Part shown: one piece after another, positions 50,288 through 60,650 of the stretch
Layout of the letters: each line of letters opens with the position of its first letter
How positions within the stretch are numbered: position 1 is the stretch's first letter
Assembly (NCBI GenBank): GCA_963837955.1
Contig: CAWIPH010000002.1
Span: 1,888,001-1,952,000, forward strand
Direction: 5' to 3'
Source: an uncultured Verrucomicrobiae bacterium
GTDB lineage: Bacteria; Verrucomicrobiota; Verrucomicrobiia; Chthoniobacterales; JAFAMB01
DNA: 64,000 nucleotides
Program-made: the position numbers and the translations under genes
Notes under the pieces: model-generated
Seen by the model: only the letters and a program-made list of their open reading frames with translations
What the model was told of the DNA's origin: nothing
Database searches by the model: none

Positions 50288-51580
50288 ATGACCTCGTCTA
50301 CTGAATCCGGAGGCGCTGATTATCGCGCAGCTCCACAATCTGCTGGGAGTGGGTGGGCTTCTCTGCTTCTCTTCTACGCGATCGGGCTTATCCGATGTGT
50401 GGACTGGTTTATTGTTGGCTCGCTGCTCACTCCGATTAAGAACGACCTTCAGTTGCCAGACGAACAACTTGGCCAGATTGGGGCCGTATTCTTTGTCGCA
50501 TCCAGTTTCACCAGCCCGATTTTCGGTTATCTGGGTGACCGTTTTCCTCGCAAGCCGATGCTGTTAGGAGCGCTTGCGGTCTGGAACATCGCAGCCATCG
50601 CTTGCGGGTTAACTTCTTCGCTTACGATCTTGCTAATATGGCGCGCTTTCGTTGGACTGGGCCAAGGCTGTTATGAAACACTGTTGCCGGGCTGGCTCGG
50701 CGATACCTTTGCCCCGCGTTGGCGGAGTCTAATCTTCGCGTTCGTCCAAAGCACGGCTCCGGTAGGTGCAGCAATTGGATTTATTTTAGGGGGCTGCCTG
50801 TCTGCGCGATTCAGTTGGCATCACGCCTTTGTCTTCACCGGTGCACCCGGAATTCTGCTGGCGATCGCCTTCATTTTTATAAAGGAACCCCTTCGCGGCC
50901 AAGCGGAACAGGGGAAAATCACCTCCAGTATTCCTACTCTCCGCGAAACGGCTCTCGCCCTTGTATCTCCCTTATTCATCCTGTATCTCTTGGGCACCAC
51001 CGCGTTCACGACTGCTCTTGGTTGTATCTCTACCTGGGGCCCTAGTTTTCTTCATCGGGTCTACGGGCTGAGCAATCCTGATGCTTCTTCCTTCTTCGCG
51101 TTCAGCTGGGTGTCGGCCGGCTGCGTTGGTGTCCTGCTCGGTGGCTGGATTGCCAGCATTTGGCGCCGTAAAAATTACTTGGCTTATCCTTCCATCTTCG
51201 CGATCGGATCGGCTCTCACTGCCCCTGTTCTTTTTGCCGCATTCCTCCTGGAAAATCAGACGCTCTCTCAAATCCTCATCCTTATAGAAATCTTTTTTAC
51301 CAGTCTCTGCTTTGGACCGATAAACGCCTTGCTGCTCGAAACGATACCGGTAATGCATCGAAGTGCGGCCTCTGCTGTGAATGTGATCTGTGCTTATGGT
51401 CTGGCCAATATCATTTCAGCAGACCTCACTGGTGCAATCTCGGATCGACATGGATTGCGAGTCGCCATGCTGATTGCGCCCAGTGCCCTCGTGCTTTCCG
51501 CGCTCTTCCTCGTCATCTACATGCTCCTGAGACGAAGATGGGCCGGATTCCAGACGCGAGTCGTTCTCGCAGACAGGTGA
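50288..51580 (+). CDS. MFS transporter (spinster-like)
   Basis: GYLGDRFPRK motif A, WRAFVGLG, about 12 hydrophobic segments. Confidence 0.9.
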   Translation: MTSSTESGGADYRAAPQSAGSGWASLLLFYAIGLIRCVDWFIVGSLLTPIKNDLQLPDEQLGQIGAVFFVASSFTSPIFGYLGDRFPRKPMLLGALAVWNIAAIACGLTSSLTILLIWRAFVGLGQGCYETLLPGWLGDTFAPRWRSLIFAFVQSTAPVGAAIGFILGGCLSARFSWHHAFVFTGAPGILLAIAFIFIKEPLRGQAEQGKITSSIPTLRETALALVSPLFILYLLGTTAFTTALGCISTWGPSFLHRVYGLSNPDASSFFAFSWVSAGCVGVLLGGWIASIWRRKNYLAYPSIFAIGSALTAPVLFAAFLLENQTLSQILILIEIFFTSLCFGPINALLLETIPVMHRSAASAVNVICAYGLANIISADLTGAISDRHGLRVAMLIAPSALVLSALFLVIYMLLRRRWAGFQTRVVLADR

Positions 51581-51613
51581 CGCGTACGACGTACTCACAA
51601 CTGAGAACAACAT

Positions 51614-52811
51614 ATGACGATTGAATCGATCACTGAGGCTCACCTGATCCGAACCGATGCGGAGGCGCTCCAGATAGCTCAAGAAATAGCGAAGGTTGTT
51701 CGCGCCGGCGCAATTGAGCGAGATAGACATCGACGGTTACCGAAAGAAGAGGTCGAATTATTGAGCCAGAGAGGACTCTACGGCATTGCAGTTCCGAAGA
51801 AGTATGGCGGAGCCGACGTTTCGGCTGTCACGGTGGGCAATGTCTTTCGGATCCTTGCTGCAGCAGATCCCAGCCTGGCCCAAATACCACAGAATCATTT
51901 CTGCTGGTCGGCCGTTCTCCACCTAGGAACGCCCGGAACAGGAAGCCTTCTTTTTCAAACGGTTCCTCGCCGGCGATCGGTTGGGTAACGCGGCCTCCGA
52001 AAGCACGCGCAAGCGTCCCGGCGATCACGAAACGAAAGCAGTCAGGGTAGAAGGAGGTTTTTCGGTAACCGGCAAGAAGTATTACAGCACCGGCGCTCTG
52101 TTCGCCCATTGGATTCCAGTTTTTGCCAACGACGAAGCCGAGCGTCCGATCATGCTACTGGTTCGGCGCGGTTCGGAAGGGCTGGAGATAGTGAACGATT
52201 GGGCCGGTATGGGTCAACGGACCACGGCCAGTGGTACCACTTTGTTGAATAGCGTCTTTGTTCCGGACTCTTGCGTAATCCCGTTCTACCGGGTAGCGGA
52301 AGGTCCGCAGATCTGGAGCGCATTGGCTGGTTTCATTCATGGAGCTATCGACCTCGGTATCGCCGAAGAAGCGTTAGAGGATACGAAAGAGTATATCCAC
52401 ACTAAGAACCGGCCCTGGGTTGATAACCCATTCGATGAACATGCTAAGGAGCCATTCATCGTAAAGCGGTTCGGCGAGTTAGTTGTTCAGTTACATGCCG
52501 CTCAAGCGCTGCTTCGGCGCGCGGGCGAAGCAATCGACGCGTTTTACGCCGATCGCGCGGAACAAAGCTCACTGGATGCTCGGTTTGCCGTAGCCGATTT
52601 TCGCATCGTGGCCGGAAACGCTGCGGTCGATATCTCAAATGAATTATTCCCTCTAACGGGAGCGCGAGCGACGCTTGAGCAGTACGGCCTCGACCGGCAT
52701 TGGCGGAACGCCAGGACGCACACGTTGCACGATCCGGATCGCTGGAAGGCTTACCATATTGGTAATTACTTCCTGAACGGTACGCCGCCTCCGCCGAAGT
52801 CTTATGTGTGA
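51614..52811 (+). pseudogene. SfnB/DszC-like flavin monooxygenase (acyl-CoA dehydrogenase fold), frameshifted near 51933
   Basis: ADPSLAQIPQNHF, G.KYYSTGALFA, DW.GMGQRTTASG, LDRHWRNARTHTLHDP; removing one C from CCC at 51932-51934 gives GTPEQEAFFF. Confidence 0.88.
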
Positions 52812-52884
52812 GGGGGGCAGGAGCGGGGAAGGTAGTAAGCGGTAAGCAGCGATCAGATAGCGGGGAGCCGGACGCCGGGACCCG

Positions 52885-53202
52885 GATACGCCGAAGGCGT
52901 TCAAGGACTCAGCCCGGGGTGGAGGCTTTGCGTAACCCCGGGTAACGCAAAAAAACGCGTCCGCTCTGAAAGAGCGCTAGAAGTCTTCCAGGGAGCTCGG
53001 TTACGGCAGCAACAATCCGTAGAGGCCGACGCTGGGTAAGAGGGTCTAGAAGGGGCGTCCATACCCTCGATGGAGACGGTAATTGAGCGCCGTTCTGCCA
53101 GACGGTCTTACGCTCTTTCAGAGCGGGCGCGCATTTTGCAGTTACCCGGGGTTACGCAAAGCCTCCACCCCGGGCTGAGTCCTCTAACGCCTTCGGCGTA
53201 TC
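52885..53202. repeat. ~300 bp palindromic REPIN/MITE-like element, family A copy 2
   Basis: GATACGCCGAAGGCGTT..GGACTCAGCCCGGGGTGGAGGCTTTGC and its inverse; spacer homologous to copy 1. Confidence 0.9.
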
Positions 53203-53314
53203 TGGCGTTGTCCGACCCCGATGTCCGGCTCCTCGGCTCCTAAATACTGCTTACCGCTTGCCGGTTGCGGCTCACTCCTCATCCCGCTCCTCGCTCGCGT
53301 TCCACCCGCCGGCG

Positions 53315-54019
53315 CTACACCCCTCCGTACCTGCGCTGGCGGCGTCCAAATTCGGTGACGGCTTCGCGAAGATCATCTCGCTTAAAATCGGGCCAGAGCG
53401 TTTGGGTGACGTACATTTCCGTATAGCTCAGTTGCCAGAGGAGGAAATTGGAAATGCGCATCTCGCCGGAGGTCCGTATCAATAGATCAGGGTCGGGCCA
53501 CTGTCGGGTGTAAAGAAACTGGCTGAATTTCTCCGCCGTTAAATCATCAGGATCCAATCGATTCGCTTTGACCTCTTCGGCGACGCGTTTAACTCCATCG
53601 ATTATTTCTGCGCGCCCGCTGTAATTGATAGCGAGAATGGTCGTGAGCTTATGATTATTTGCGGTTTGAGCGATGGCCTCTTGGAGCTGCTCTTGGCAGT
53701 CCTCCGGGAGTTCGGCCAGCCTGCCAATGGCTTGCAGCTGGATCCCTTTACCGGCCAGATCCTTGGTGTAATCCCGCAAAAATTTCCGCAGCAGCCCCAT
53801 GAGTGTATCCACTTCCTCTTTTGGTCGCTGCCAATTCTCGGTGGAGAAGGCGTAGAGCGTGAGATAGAGAATCCCTAGCTCGAGGCAGGCTTCCACGCAT
53901 GCCTTGACCGCTTTGGCTCCCTCAAGGTGTCCACGACTGCGTGGCCAACCGCGTTGTCGAGCCCATCGTCCGTTGCCATCCATGATGATAGCGACGTGTT
54001 TGGGAACCTGGTTGACCAT
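53315..54019 (-). CDS. uppS: Isoprenyl transferase (undecaprenyl diphosphate synthase)
   Basis: HVAIIMDGNGRWA, YAFSTENW.RP, IRTSGEMRISNFLLWQ. Confidence 0.97.
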   Translation of the reverse strand: MVNQVPKHVAIIMDGNGRWARQRGWPRSRGHLEGAKAVKACVEACLELGILYLTLYAFSTENWQRPKEEVDTLMGLLRKFLRDYTKDLAGKGIQLQAIGRLAELPEDCQEQLQEAIAQTANNHKLTTILAINYSGRAEIIDGVKRVAEEVKANRLDPDDLTAEKFSQFLYTRQWPDPDLLIRTSGEMRISNFLLWQLSYTEMYVTQTLWPDFKRDDLREAVTEFGRRQRRYGGV

Positions 54020-54103
54020 TTTCTCGGACAACAAGGAGCGATATCCGCGCCTAAAAAGCAAATGCTAGAAATTCTAATAGGCAAGATGGGTCGGAAATAA
54101 GAG

Positions 54104-54146
54104 TCCGGAATTCAGAATCTAGAATTCAGAATCTAGAAGCTAGAAG
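54104..54146. repeat. Heptamer tandem repeat
   Basis: TCCGGAA TTCAGAA TCTAGAA TTCAGAA TCTAGAA GCTAGAA. Confidence 0.8.
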
Positions 54147-54384
54147 GCCACCTCAGTCGAAGCGGGAGCCATGAACGGAAAACGGCTCGCCGCTGCATGA
54201 TTTCGAGATCATCCAGGACCGCACGATCTTCTACAGCCGGCAGAATGGGCTGCGTCCCGAAAAAATTCGCGTTCCAGCGCCGAAAATTTTCGATTCACCC
54301 CAGAAATTCGATTCAGCGACGGAGCCCATATTTCTTGGTCGAGTCGCCAAATTTCGGGCCAAATGCAGTGGAATGTCGTAAAAA

Positions 54385-54400
54385 TGGCGATTTTTCTGCA
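54385..54400 (+). promoter_or_regulatory. Possible sigma-54 -24/-12 promoter
   Basis: TGGCGATTTTTCTGCA has the correct GG-N10-GC spacing but is an imperfect consensus. Confidence 0.3.
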
Positions 54401-54536
54401 GAGTTTATAACAAAAGATGCATATCGATCCTTGCGGAATTATTTTGATGCGCAAAATATAACACCCTGAAAATGAACGCTTGTGTCGAGCTGTTACCAGA
54501 TAAGGTTTCCGCAATCGCCACGAGCAAGGCTTTTTG

Positions 54537-55979
54537 ATGCAGACAATCTTGCTTGTTGATCCTGAAACAGACTTTCTAGAGTGGGCGCAAAACCAACTCG
54601 AAACTCCGACGACCCGAGTTTTCACCGCGACCGCCTCGGACGAGGCGTACAAGATCTATATCTCAGAGAATCCCGACTTACTGATCTGCGAGACGCACCT
54701 CATGCCCTTCAGCGGCCTGGAACTGCTCGCCCGAATCCGGCAACGCGACTCGAACGCGCTGGTGATCCTGATGAGCGCATTTGGTACGACCCAATCGGTG
54801 ATCGAGTCGATGAAACTCGGCGCCTTCGATTACCTGCGTAAGGAATCGCTGCCGTTCAATCTGAAACCAGTGGTTGATGCTGCGCTGAATACTCAGGCCG
54901 AGATGCGTTCCGCAACCGCCTTCAAGCCACAGCTCACCGTTGAACAATATCAGGACAGTTTGGTGGGCCAATCGCAGCCGATGCAGCAGGTGTTTAAGAT
55001 GATCGGCAGGGTGTCTCACAGCGACGCGCCGGTGATGATCACCGGTGAGAGCGGTTCCGGAAAAGAATTGGTGGCGCGGGCGATCCACCATTACGGGAAT
55101 CGGAACGGTCAACCATTTATCGCGATCAACTGCGCAGCCATACCGGAGAATCTGCTCGAGAGCGAGTTGTTTGGACATGAGAAGGGAGCCTTCACCGGAG
55201 CCGCGGCCTTGCGCATCGGCAGGTTTGAGCAGAGCAACGGCGGCACGTTGTTCCTGGATGAAATCGGCGAAATGCCGCTTCCTGTGCAAAGCAAGATTCT
55301 CCGCGTCTTACAGGAAGGGGAATTTTCTCGGGTCGGCGGCAATGCCGTCATCAGGACAGACGTCCGGATTATCGCTGCGACGAACAAGACATTGGAGCAG
55401 GAAGTCGCAAAAAAGCAGTTCCGAGAGGATCTTTTTTATCGTTTGAACGTCGTGCGGATTCATCTCCCGCCGCTTCGATTACGGAGGGAAGATATTCGTT
55501 TGTTGGCGGAATATTTTTTGAAGAAAATCGCCACCCACAAGCATCTGCCGCAACTCACCCTTTCGGCGGAAGCGGTCAAAGTGCTGGAGGAGTACCCGTG
55601 GCCGGGCAACGTGCGCGAGTTGGAGAACACGATCCAGCGTGCTTGTGTGTTAGCCAGTAGCGATGTGCTTTTGCCGAAAGATATTCCGCTCGGCGTGGCC
55701 AATCATTCCGAAGACGCGGTCGAGAGTACGCCTCCGGTGTCCGGCGCGGTGGGAGGTAAGCCGACTCTTGAGGTAGCGGTCGAAACGCTCCTGGACGCAG
55801 CCTCAGGGGATTCTCGATTGCAGCTATTGCCGTGGTTAGAACGCGAATTCACGATCTTTGCCATGAAGCGCACCAAAGGGAATCAGGTGAAAGCGGCTAA
55901 GCTTCTGGGGGTAACTCGCGCCACGCTACGCAAACGCATCGAGCGCTACGGTATTACGAAGGAATTAAATTTTCAGTGA
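54537..55979 (+). CDS. Sigma-54-dependent response regulator (NtrC family)
   Basis: Atypical receiver, GESGSGKE, ESELFGHEKGAFTGA, FLDEIG, WPGNVREL, Fis HTH. Confidence 0.95.
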   Translation: MQTILLVDPETDFLEWAQNQLETPTTRVFTATASDEAYKIYISENPDLLICETHLMPFSGLELLARIRQRDSNALVILMSAFGTTQSVIESMKLGAFDYLRKESLPFNLKPVVDAALNTQAEMRSATAFKPQLTVEQYQDSLVGQSQPMQQVFKMIGRVSHSDAPVMITGESGSGKELVARAIHHYGNRNGQPFIAINCAAIPENLLESELFGHEKGAFTGAAALRIGRFEQSNGGTLFLDEIGEMPLPVQSKILRVLQEGEFSRVGGNAVIRTDVRIIAATNKTLEQEVAKKQFREDLFYRLNVVRIHLPPLRLRREDIRLLAEYFLKKIATHKHLPQLTLSAEAVKVLEEYPWPGNVRELENTIQRACVLASSDVLLPKDIPLGVANHSEDAVESTPPVSGAVGGKPTLEVAVETLLDAASGDSRLQLLPWLEREFTIFAMKRTKGNQVKAAKLLGVTRATLRKRIERYGITKELNFQ

Positions 55980-56333
55980 AGAATGGGAGGGTTCACTTCC
56001 CGACTTTGCCAAGCGTACGCGGCTACGTTTACGACGTCTTCGAACCCAAGCGAGGCGGCGTCCGGTCGCCGGGCAAAGTAGCCTGACGCTCCAGCCTCAG
56101 GGATCCGATGTGATTGACTTGAGGAATGAAGGAATCGATTGTCTTGCGCTTTCAATAACTCTGGGTTCCTGAGCCAAGAGGATCAGGCTACACCATCGCG
56201 AACGGACGCACGGGAATGCATCCCTACCGGCTCGAATTGATCATGCCTCAATGGCAGACGATGTTGTCGGACTTTGGCGACAAATGATCACGCTTCCGCC
56301 CTGGATGCGGAACCAAGACAAAAATCGCCTGGC

Positions 56334-59300
56334 ATGGATAAACCCAAAAAGACTACGCATCCTTTGGTGGAAGTTGTAGACGCGGTGCGCCGTTCTGCTG
56401 TTTTTCGCCACAAATTCAAGGAAAAACCGCCCATCCGCTTTGAACATGTCGTGGAAGCCGCTCAATCGTTCATCGCGGCGTGCATCGCGCACCAATATCC
56501 ATCACGAACCTGCTGGTTGATCTGTCCCGATACGCGACGCCAAGAGGAAATCTGTAACGAGCTACTCAACTGGGAAGTCGGCGCCCAGTTTTTTCCTGAA
56601 CTCGAGTTGCCGGCGATCGAGGGCGCGGTGCCTGATCCCGAGTTAGTGGCCGAGCGGCTGGCTTTGCTGCAACAGATAGCGAGCGGCCAGAGGATGGTCT
56701 TGGTCGTCACTCGCTCGGTATTGGAGGGCCTGGTTGCGCGACCGGATCAGGTGTTGAAGCAAACCCTCACGTTGCGGCGCGGTGACCAGCTGGATGCCGG
56801 GCAACTAATGGAGAGACTCATGCGGGCCGGCTACGAAAAAGTGCCGCAGGTGAGCGGTCGCGGAGAATTCGCAAGTCGCGGTGGCATTATCGACATTTTC
56901 TCAGCGCAACATGCCGTCCCGGTCCGAGTGGAACTTTTTGGTGATATGATTGAGTCGCTGCGAGAGTTCGATCTGGATGAACAGACGGCAATCCAGGTCG
57001 TCGAACAATCAGAGATCTTTCTCGGCGATTTCCAAGGTGAAGGGATCCCGCTCCGGAATTATGTCAAGCCGGGTGACTTGGTGATAGATGTTGAAGCGGA
57101 GCAGGCGGACGCTGAGGTCAGAGTTACGGCGGGAGCATTTCCGAGCGATCAACCAGAAGATTTCGGAGGGGCCTTTTATCCTTCCCCTTTCCACGATTTC
57201 GAAGCCGGAGATTTCTTAGTCGAGGAACACAAGCGGCAACGAGCGCTGACACAGCTCGAGGAATGGTTGCGGCAAGATTGGCGTCTACTAGTGGTCTGCC
57301 ACAACGAGGGGGAGATCGAGCGATTGAGAGACGTCTTGTCCGACAACGACATCAACGTTGAGGCGGTCAATTTCGCAGTAGGTAGCCTGAACCATGGATT
57401 TGTCTATCCCGGGGCGCGGCTGGCGGTGCTTTGTGACGCCGAAATCTTCGGACGATACCAGAGTCCAAGTGCTCGTCGCTTAGCGGTCCGAAGGGCTCGG
57501 CTCCGCGGCGGCCGGGTTCCCGTCGACTTCAGCGAGTTGGCCGAAGGGGATCTGGTAGTGCATGTGGAGCATGGAATCGGGAAATACTTAGGTGTTCACG
57601 AATTGGAGCAGGGAGGCGGCAAGAGCGAGTGTGTCGTTCTGGAGTTTGCCGAGGGTGCGCGGCTGTACGTACCGTTCGAACAGGCGTTTCTAATCTCGCG
57701 ATATGTTGGGATTGGGAAGCGATTTCCGCCGCTGAGCAACTTAGGCGATGCCAAATGGAACAAGGCTAAAAGGGCGGCCGAAACAGCGATCTTCGATTAC
57801 GCGGCTCGTCTGCTGAACCTGCAGGCGCAGCGCAACACGCTGCCGGGCTACGCCTTTCCGCCCGATTCGAAATGGCAGCGGGAATTCGAAGCCTCCTTTC
57901 TTTATACGGAAACGCCCGATCAATTCCGAGCAATCGAGGAAACAAAAACGGATATGGAGACGGAACAGCCGATGGATCGATTGATCTGCGGCGATGTTGG
58001 GTTTGGGAAGACGGAGGTAGCGATTCGCGCGGCATTCAAATCCGTCATGAGTGGAAAACAGGCGGCAATGCTGGTACCCACTACGGTCTTGGCCCAACAG
58101 CATTTTGAAACGTTCCGGCAGCGCATGTCTGATTACCCGATTCGGGTCGGCATGCTAAGCCGATTTCTCTCCGCGGCGGAACAGCGGAAGACAGTGGCGG
58201 CGATCCGGGACGGCTCGATTGACATCATTGTCGGTACCCATCGGCTGATTTCGTCTGACATCCAGTTCAAGGATCTCGGGTTGGTCGTTATAGACGAGGA
58301 ACAACGCTTTGGGGTACGTCACAAGGAACTGTTGAAGGAGCGATTCAAGTTGGTAGATGTTCTGACGCTCTCGGCCACGCCGATTCCACGCACACTGTAT
58401 CTCTCGCTGGTCGGCGCCAAAGACATGTCATCGATCGAGACACCGCCGCCCAACCGGCTTCCGGTTGAAACGGTGGTTTGCGGGTACGATGAACGGATTA
58501 TCCGCGACGCGATTCAGCGCGAACTCCATCGACGTGGTCAGGTCTATTTTCTGCACAATCGGGTGCATTCCATCGAGCGCGTGCGAAATCGAGTACAAGA
58601 GCTTTGTCCGGCGGCTCGAATTGATGTTGGGCACGGCCAAATGGAAGAAGAGGAGCTGGAAAAGGTGATGCACCGGTTTGTTCAAGGAGAGATTGATGTC
58701 TTAATTTCGACGTCGATCATTGAAAGCGGGTTAGACATTCCAAACGCGAACACGATTATCATTGATCGGGCAGACCGGTTCGGATTGGCAGATCTCTATC
58801 AGCTTCGTGGCCGGGTTGGACGAGCCCAACACAAAGCGTACGCGTACCTATTGCTGCCACGTGATTTGATGGCGGTCGGTGCAGCTCGGAGCCGGATTAA
58901 TGCAATCAAACAATATTCAGGTTTAGGGGCCGGATTCAAAATCGCGATGCGCGACTTGGAAATTCGCGGAGCGGGCAACATTCTTGGCACCGCCCAGAGC
59001 GGTCACATCATCAATATCGGATTTGATCTTTACTGTCAGTTGCTGCAACAGGCCGTGGAAAAACTGAAAGGTAAAAAGGGAGTCAGACGTTCCGAGACTT
59101 TTCTGCGACTCGACTTCGTGGTCACGAACGAATCGGAGTTTGTCACCACGCGAAAGGAGCTTGCCCCGGCCTTTGTGCCTTCCGATTACATTGCTCAACC
59201 CCAGACGAGGATTGAGGCGTACAAGAAACTAGCCGCAGTCTCTTCGCTGGATCAGCTTCAACGACTCAAAGCGGAATGGCGAGATCGCTTTGGACCGCTC

Positions 59301-59513
59301 CAGACGGCAGTGCAGAACCTATTGATGTTGAACGAGATCCGTCTTATCGCTGGACGGGAAAAAATCGCGCGAATCGAGGTGAAAGATTCGAAAGTAATGA
59401 TGATTCGGGGCGGCGATTATCTGCTCATTGGCGACCGGTTTCCCCGCTTGACGGCAACCGACCCCCAAGCTAGCCTCGCGGAGTTGCTATTCTTGTTAAC
59501 CCGACTCTCCTGA
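56334..59513 (+). CDS. mfd: Transcription-repair coupling factor
   Basis: VHVEHGIG (CarD/TRCF), CGDVGFGKTEVA, IDEEQRFG, SATPIPRT, QLRGRVGR, TRCF C-terminus; start uncertain. Confidence 0.97.
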   Translation: MDKPKKTTHPLVEVVDAVRRSAVFRHKFKEKPPIRFEHVVEAAQSFIAACIAHQYPSRTCWLICPDTRRQEEICNELLNWEVGAQFFPELELPAIEGAVPDPELVAERLALLQQIASGQRMVLVVTRSVLEGLVARPDQVLKQTLTLRRGDQLDAGQLMERLMRAGYEKVPQVSGRGEFASRGGIIDIFSAQHAVPVRVELFGDMIESLREFDLDEQTAIQVVEQSEIFLGDFQGEGIPLRNYVKPGDLVIDVEAEQADAEVRVTAGAFPSDQPEDFGGAFYPSPFHDFEAGDFLVEEHKRQRALTQLEEWLRQDWRLLVVCHNEGEIERLRDVLSDNDINVEAVNFAVGSLNHGFVYPGARLAVLCDAEIFGRYQSPSARRLAVRRARLRGGRVPVDFSELAEGDLVVHVEHGIGKYLGVHELEQGGGKSECVVLEFAEGARLYVPFEQAFLISRYVGIGKRFPPLSNLGDAKWNKAKRAAETAIFDYAARLLNLQAQRNTLPGYAFPPDSKWQREFEASFLYTETPDQFRAIEETKTDMETEQPMDRLICGDVGFGKTEVAIRAAFKSVMSGKQAAMLVPTTVLAQQHFETFRQRMSDYPIRVGMLSRFLSAAEQRKTVAAIRDGSIDIIVGTHRLISSDIQFKDLGLVVIDEEQRFGVRHKELLKERFKLVDVLTLSATPIPRTLYLSLVGAKDMSSIETPPPNRLPVETVVCGYDERIIRDAIQRELHRRGQVYFLHNRVHSIERVRNRVQELCPAARIDVGHGQMEEEELEKVMHRFVQGEIDVLISTSIIESGLDIPNANTIIIDRADRFGLADLYQLRGRVGRAQHKAYAYLLLPRDLMAVGAARSRINAIKQYSGLGAGFKIAMRDLEIRGAGNILGTAQSGHIINIGFDLYCQLLQQAVEKLKGKKGVRRSETFLRLDFVVTNESEFVTTRKELAPAFVPSDYIAQPQTRIEAYKKLAAVSSLDQLQRLKAEWRDRFGPLQTAVQNLLMLNEIRLIAGREKIARIEVKDSKVMMIRGGDYLLIGDRFPRLTATDPQASLAELLFLLTRLS

Positions 59514-59519
59514 AAAAGC

Positions 59520-60494
59520 ATGTTTTCCAAGCTGTTTGGTAGTTGCGTTGTGGCGTTTTCGCTGCTTGCTCCCGCGGTCATGCGCGCAGCGGATCCGCAA
59601 GTCATCGATGGTATCGCCGCAGTCGTTAATGGTGATGTGATCACGTTTTCGCAGGTCCAGGAGGTGGCCGCCCCCGAAGAGCAGACGCTCCGGCAGCAAT
59701 CCACCGGACAGGAACTCATTGATAAAATCAAAGAGACGCGGTTGGCGGTTTTGAACGATCTGGTAAACCGTCAATTGATCCTGCAAGAGTTTAAGAAGAA
59801 GGAATACAAAATTCCGGATTATGTAGTGGAGCAGCAGGTCGCCGGGATAATCAAAGATGAGTTTGGCGGCGATCGGCAAGCGTTTGTTCGGACCCTTAGC
59901 GCGCAGGGTTATACCATGAATCGGTTCCGCGACATGGAAAAGGACAAGATCACTGTCCAAGTGATGCGCCAAAACAACGTGAAGGGGGCTTTCGCAGCGT
60001 CGCCAACCGAGGTTGAGGCCTATTACAACGCGAATAAGAATGAATTTGCAACGCCGGTCCAAGTCAAGCTGCGGATGATCGTACTCAACTCCGATCCGCT
60101 GGTGTCGGACTCCGCGGGCAGTACGAAGCAGATGGCTGAAGAGATTCGAGAAAAAGCGAAAACCGGTGCGGATTTCGCGACCCTAGCCAAGACTTACTCG
60201 ATGGACGGCACTGCCGAAAACGGAGGAGATTGGGGTTGGGTGGATGAGAAGACTTTAAACCAGGATCTAACGAAGACAGCGTTCGCTCTTTCGGCCAAAG
60301 AGGTGAGCCCGGTTATTCAGATCGGTGACTCCTATTACATTTTGTATTGCGAGGATAAGAAGACGGCGAACTTCATCCCCTTGGCGGAAGTGAGGGACGG
60401 AATCTCCAAAAAGCTCGAACAAGTTCAGCGTCAAAAGGCTACCCAACGCTGGATCGATGGCCTCCGCGAGAAAGCCTATATTAAGGTGTATTAG
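59520..60494 (+). CDS. SurA/PrsA-like parvulin peptidyl-prolyl isomerase
   Basis: Signal peptide, IAAVVNGDVIT, FATLAKTYS.D..A.NGGDWGW, LREKAYIK. Confidence 0.9.
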   Translation: MFSKLFGSCVVAFSLLAPAVMRAADPQVIDGIAAVVNGDVITFSQVQEVAAPEEQTLRQQSTGQELIDKIKETRLAVLNDLVNRQLILQEFKKKEYKIPDYVVEQQVAGIIKDEFGGDRQAFVRTLSAQGYTMNRFRDMEKDKITVQVMRQNNVKGAFAASPTEVEAYYNANKNEFATPVQVKLRMIVLNSDPLVSDSAGSTKQMAEEIREKAKTGADFATLAKTYSMDGTAENGGDWGWVDEKTLNQDLTKTAFALSAKEVSPVIQIGDSYYILYCEDKKTANFIPLAEVRDGISKKLEQVQRQKATQRWIDGLREKAYIKVY

Positions 60495-60650
60495 AGCAAC
60501 CGGTGTCGCTCCCGTCGTCCGCCGAAGGTGGGGATGACAAGAAGTCCAGATAGGCCGTCGCGGGTTGAACTGCTGTTTCTCATGTTCCCAACTCCAGCCG
60601 CTGCCGACTTAGTCCCAATTCCTGGCTCCTGAGTTCGGGCCTTCCTGACG

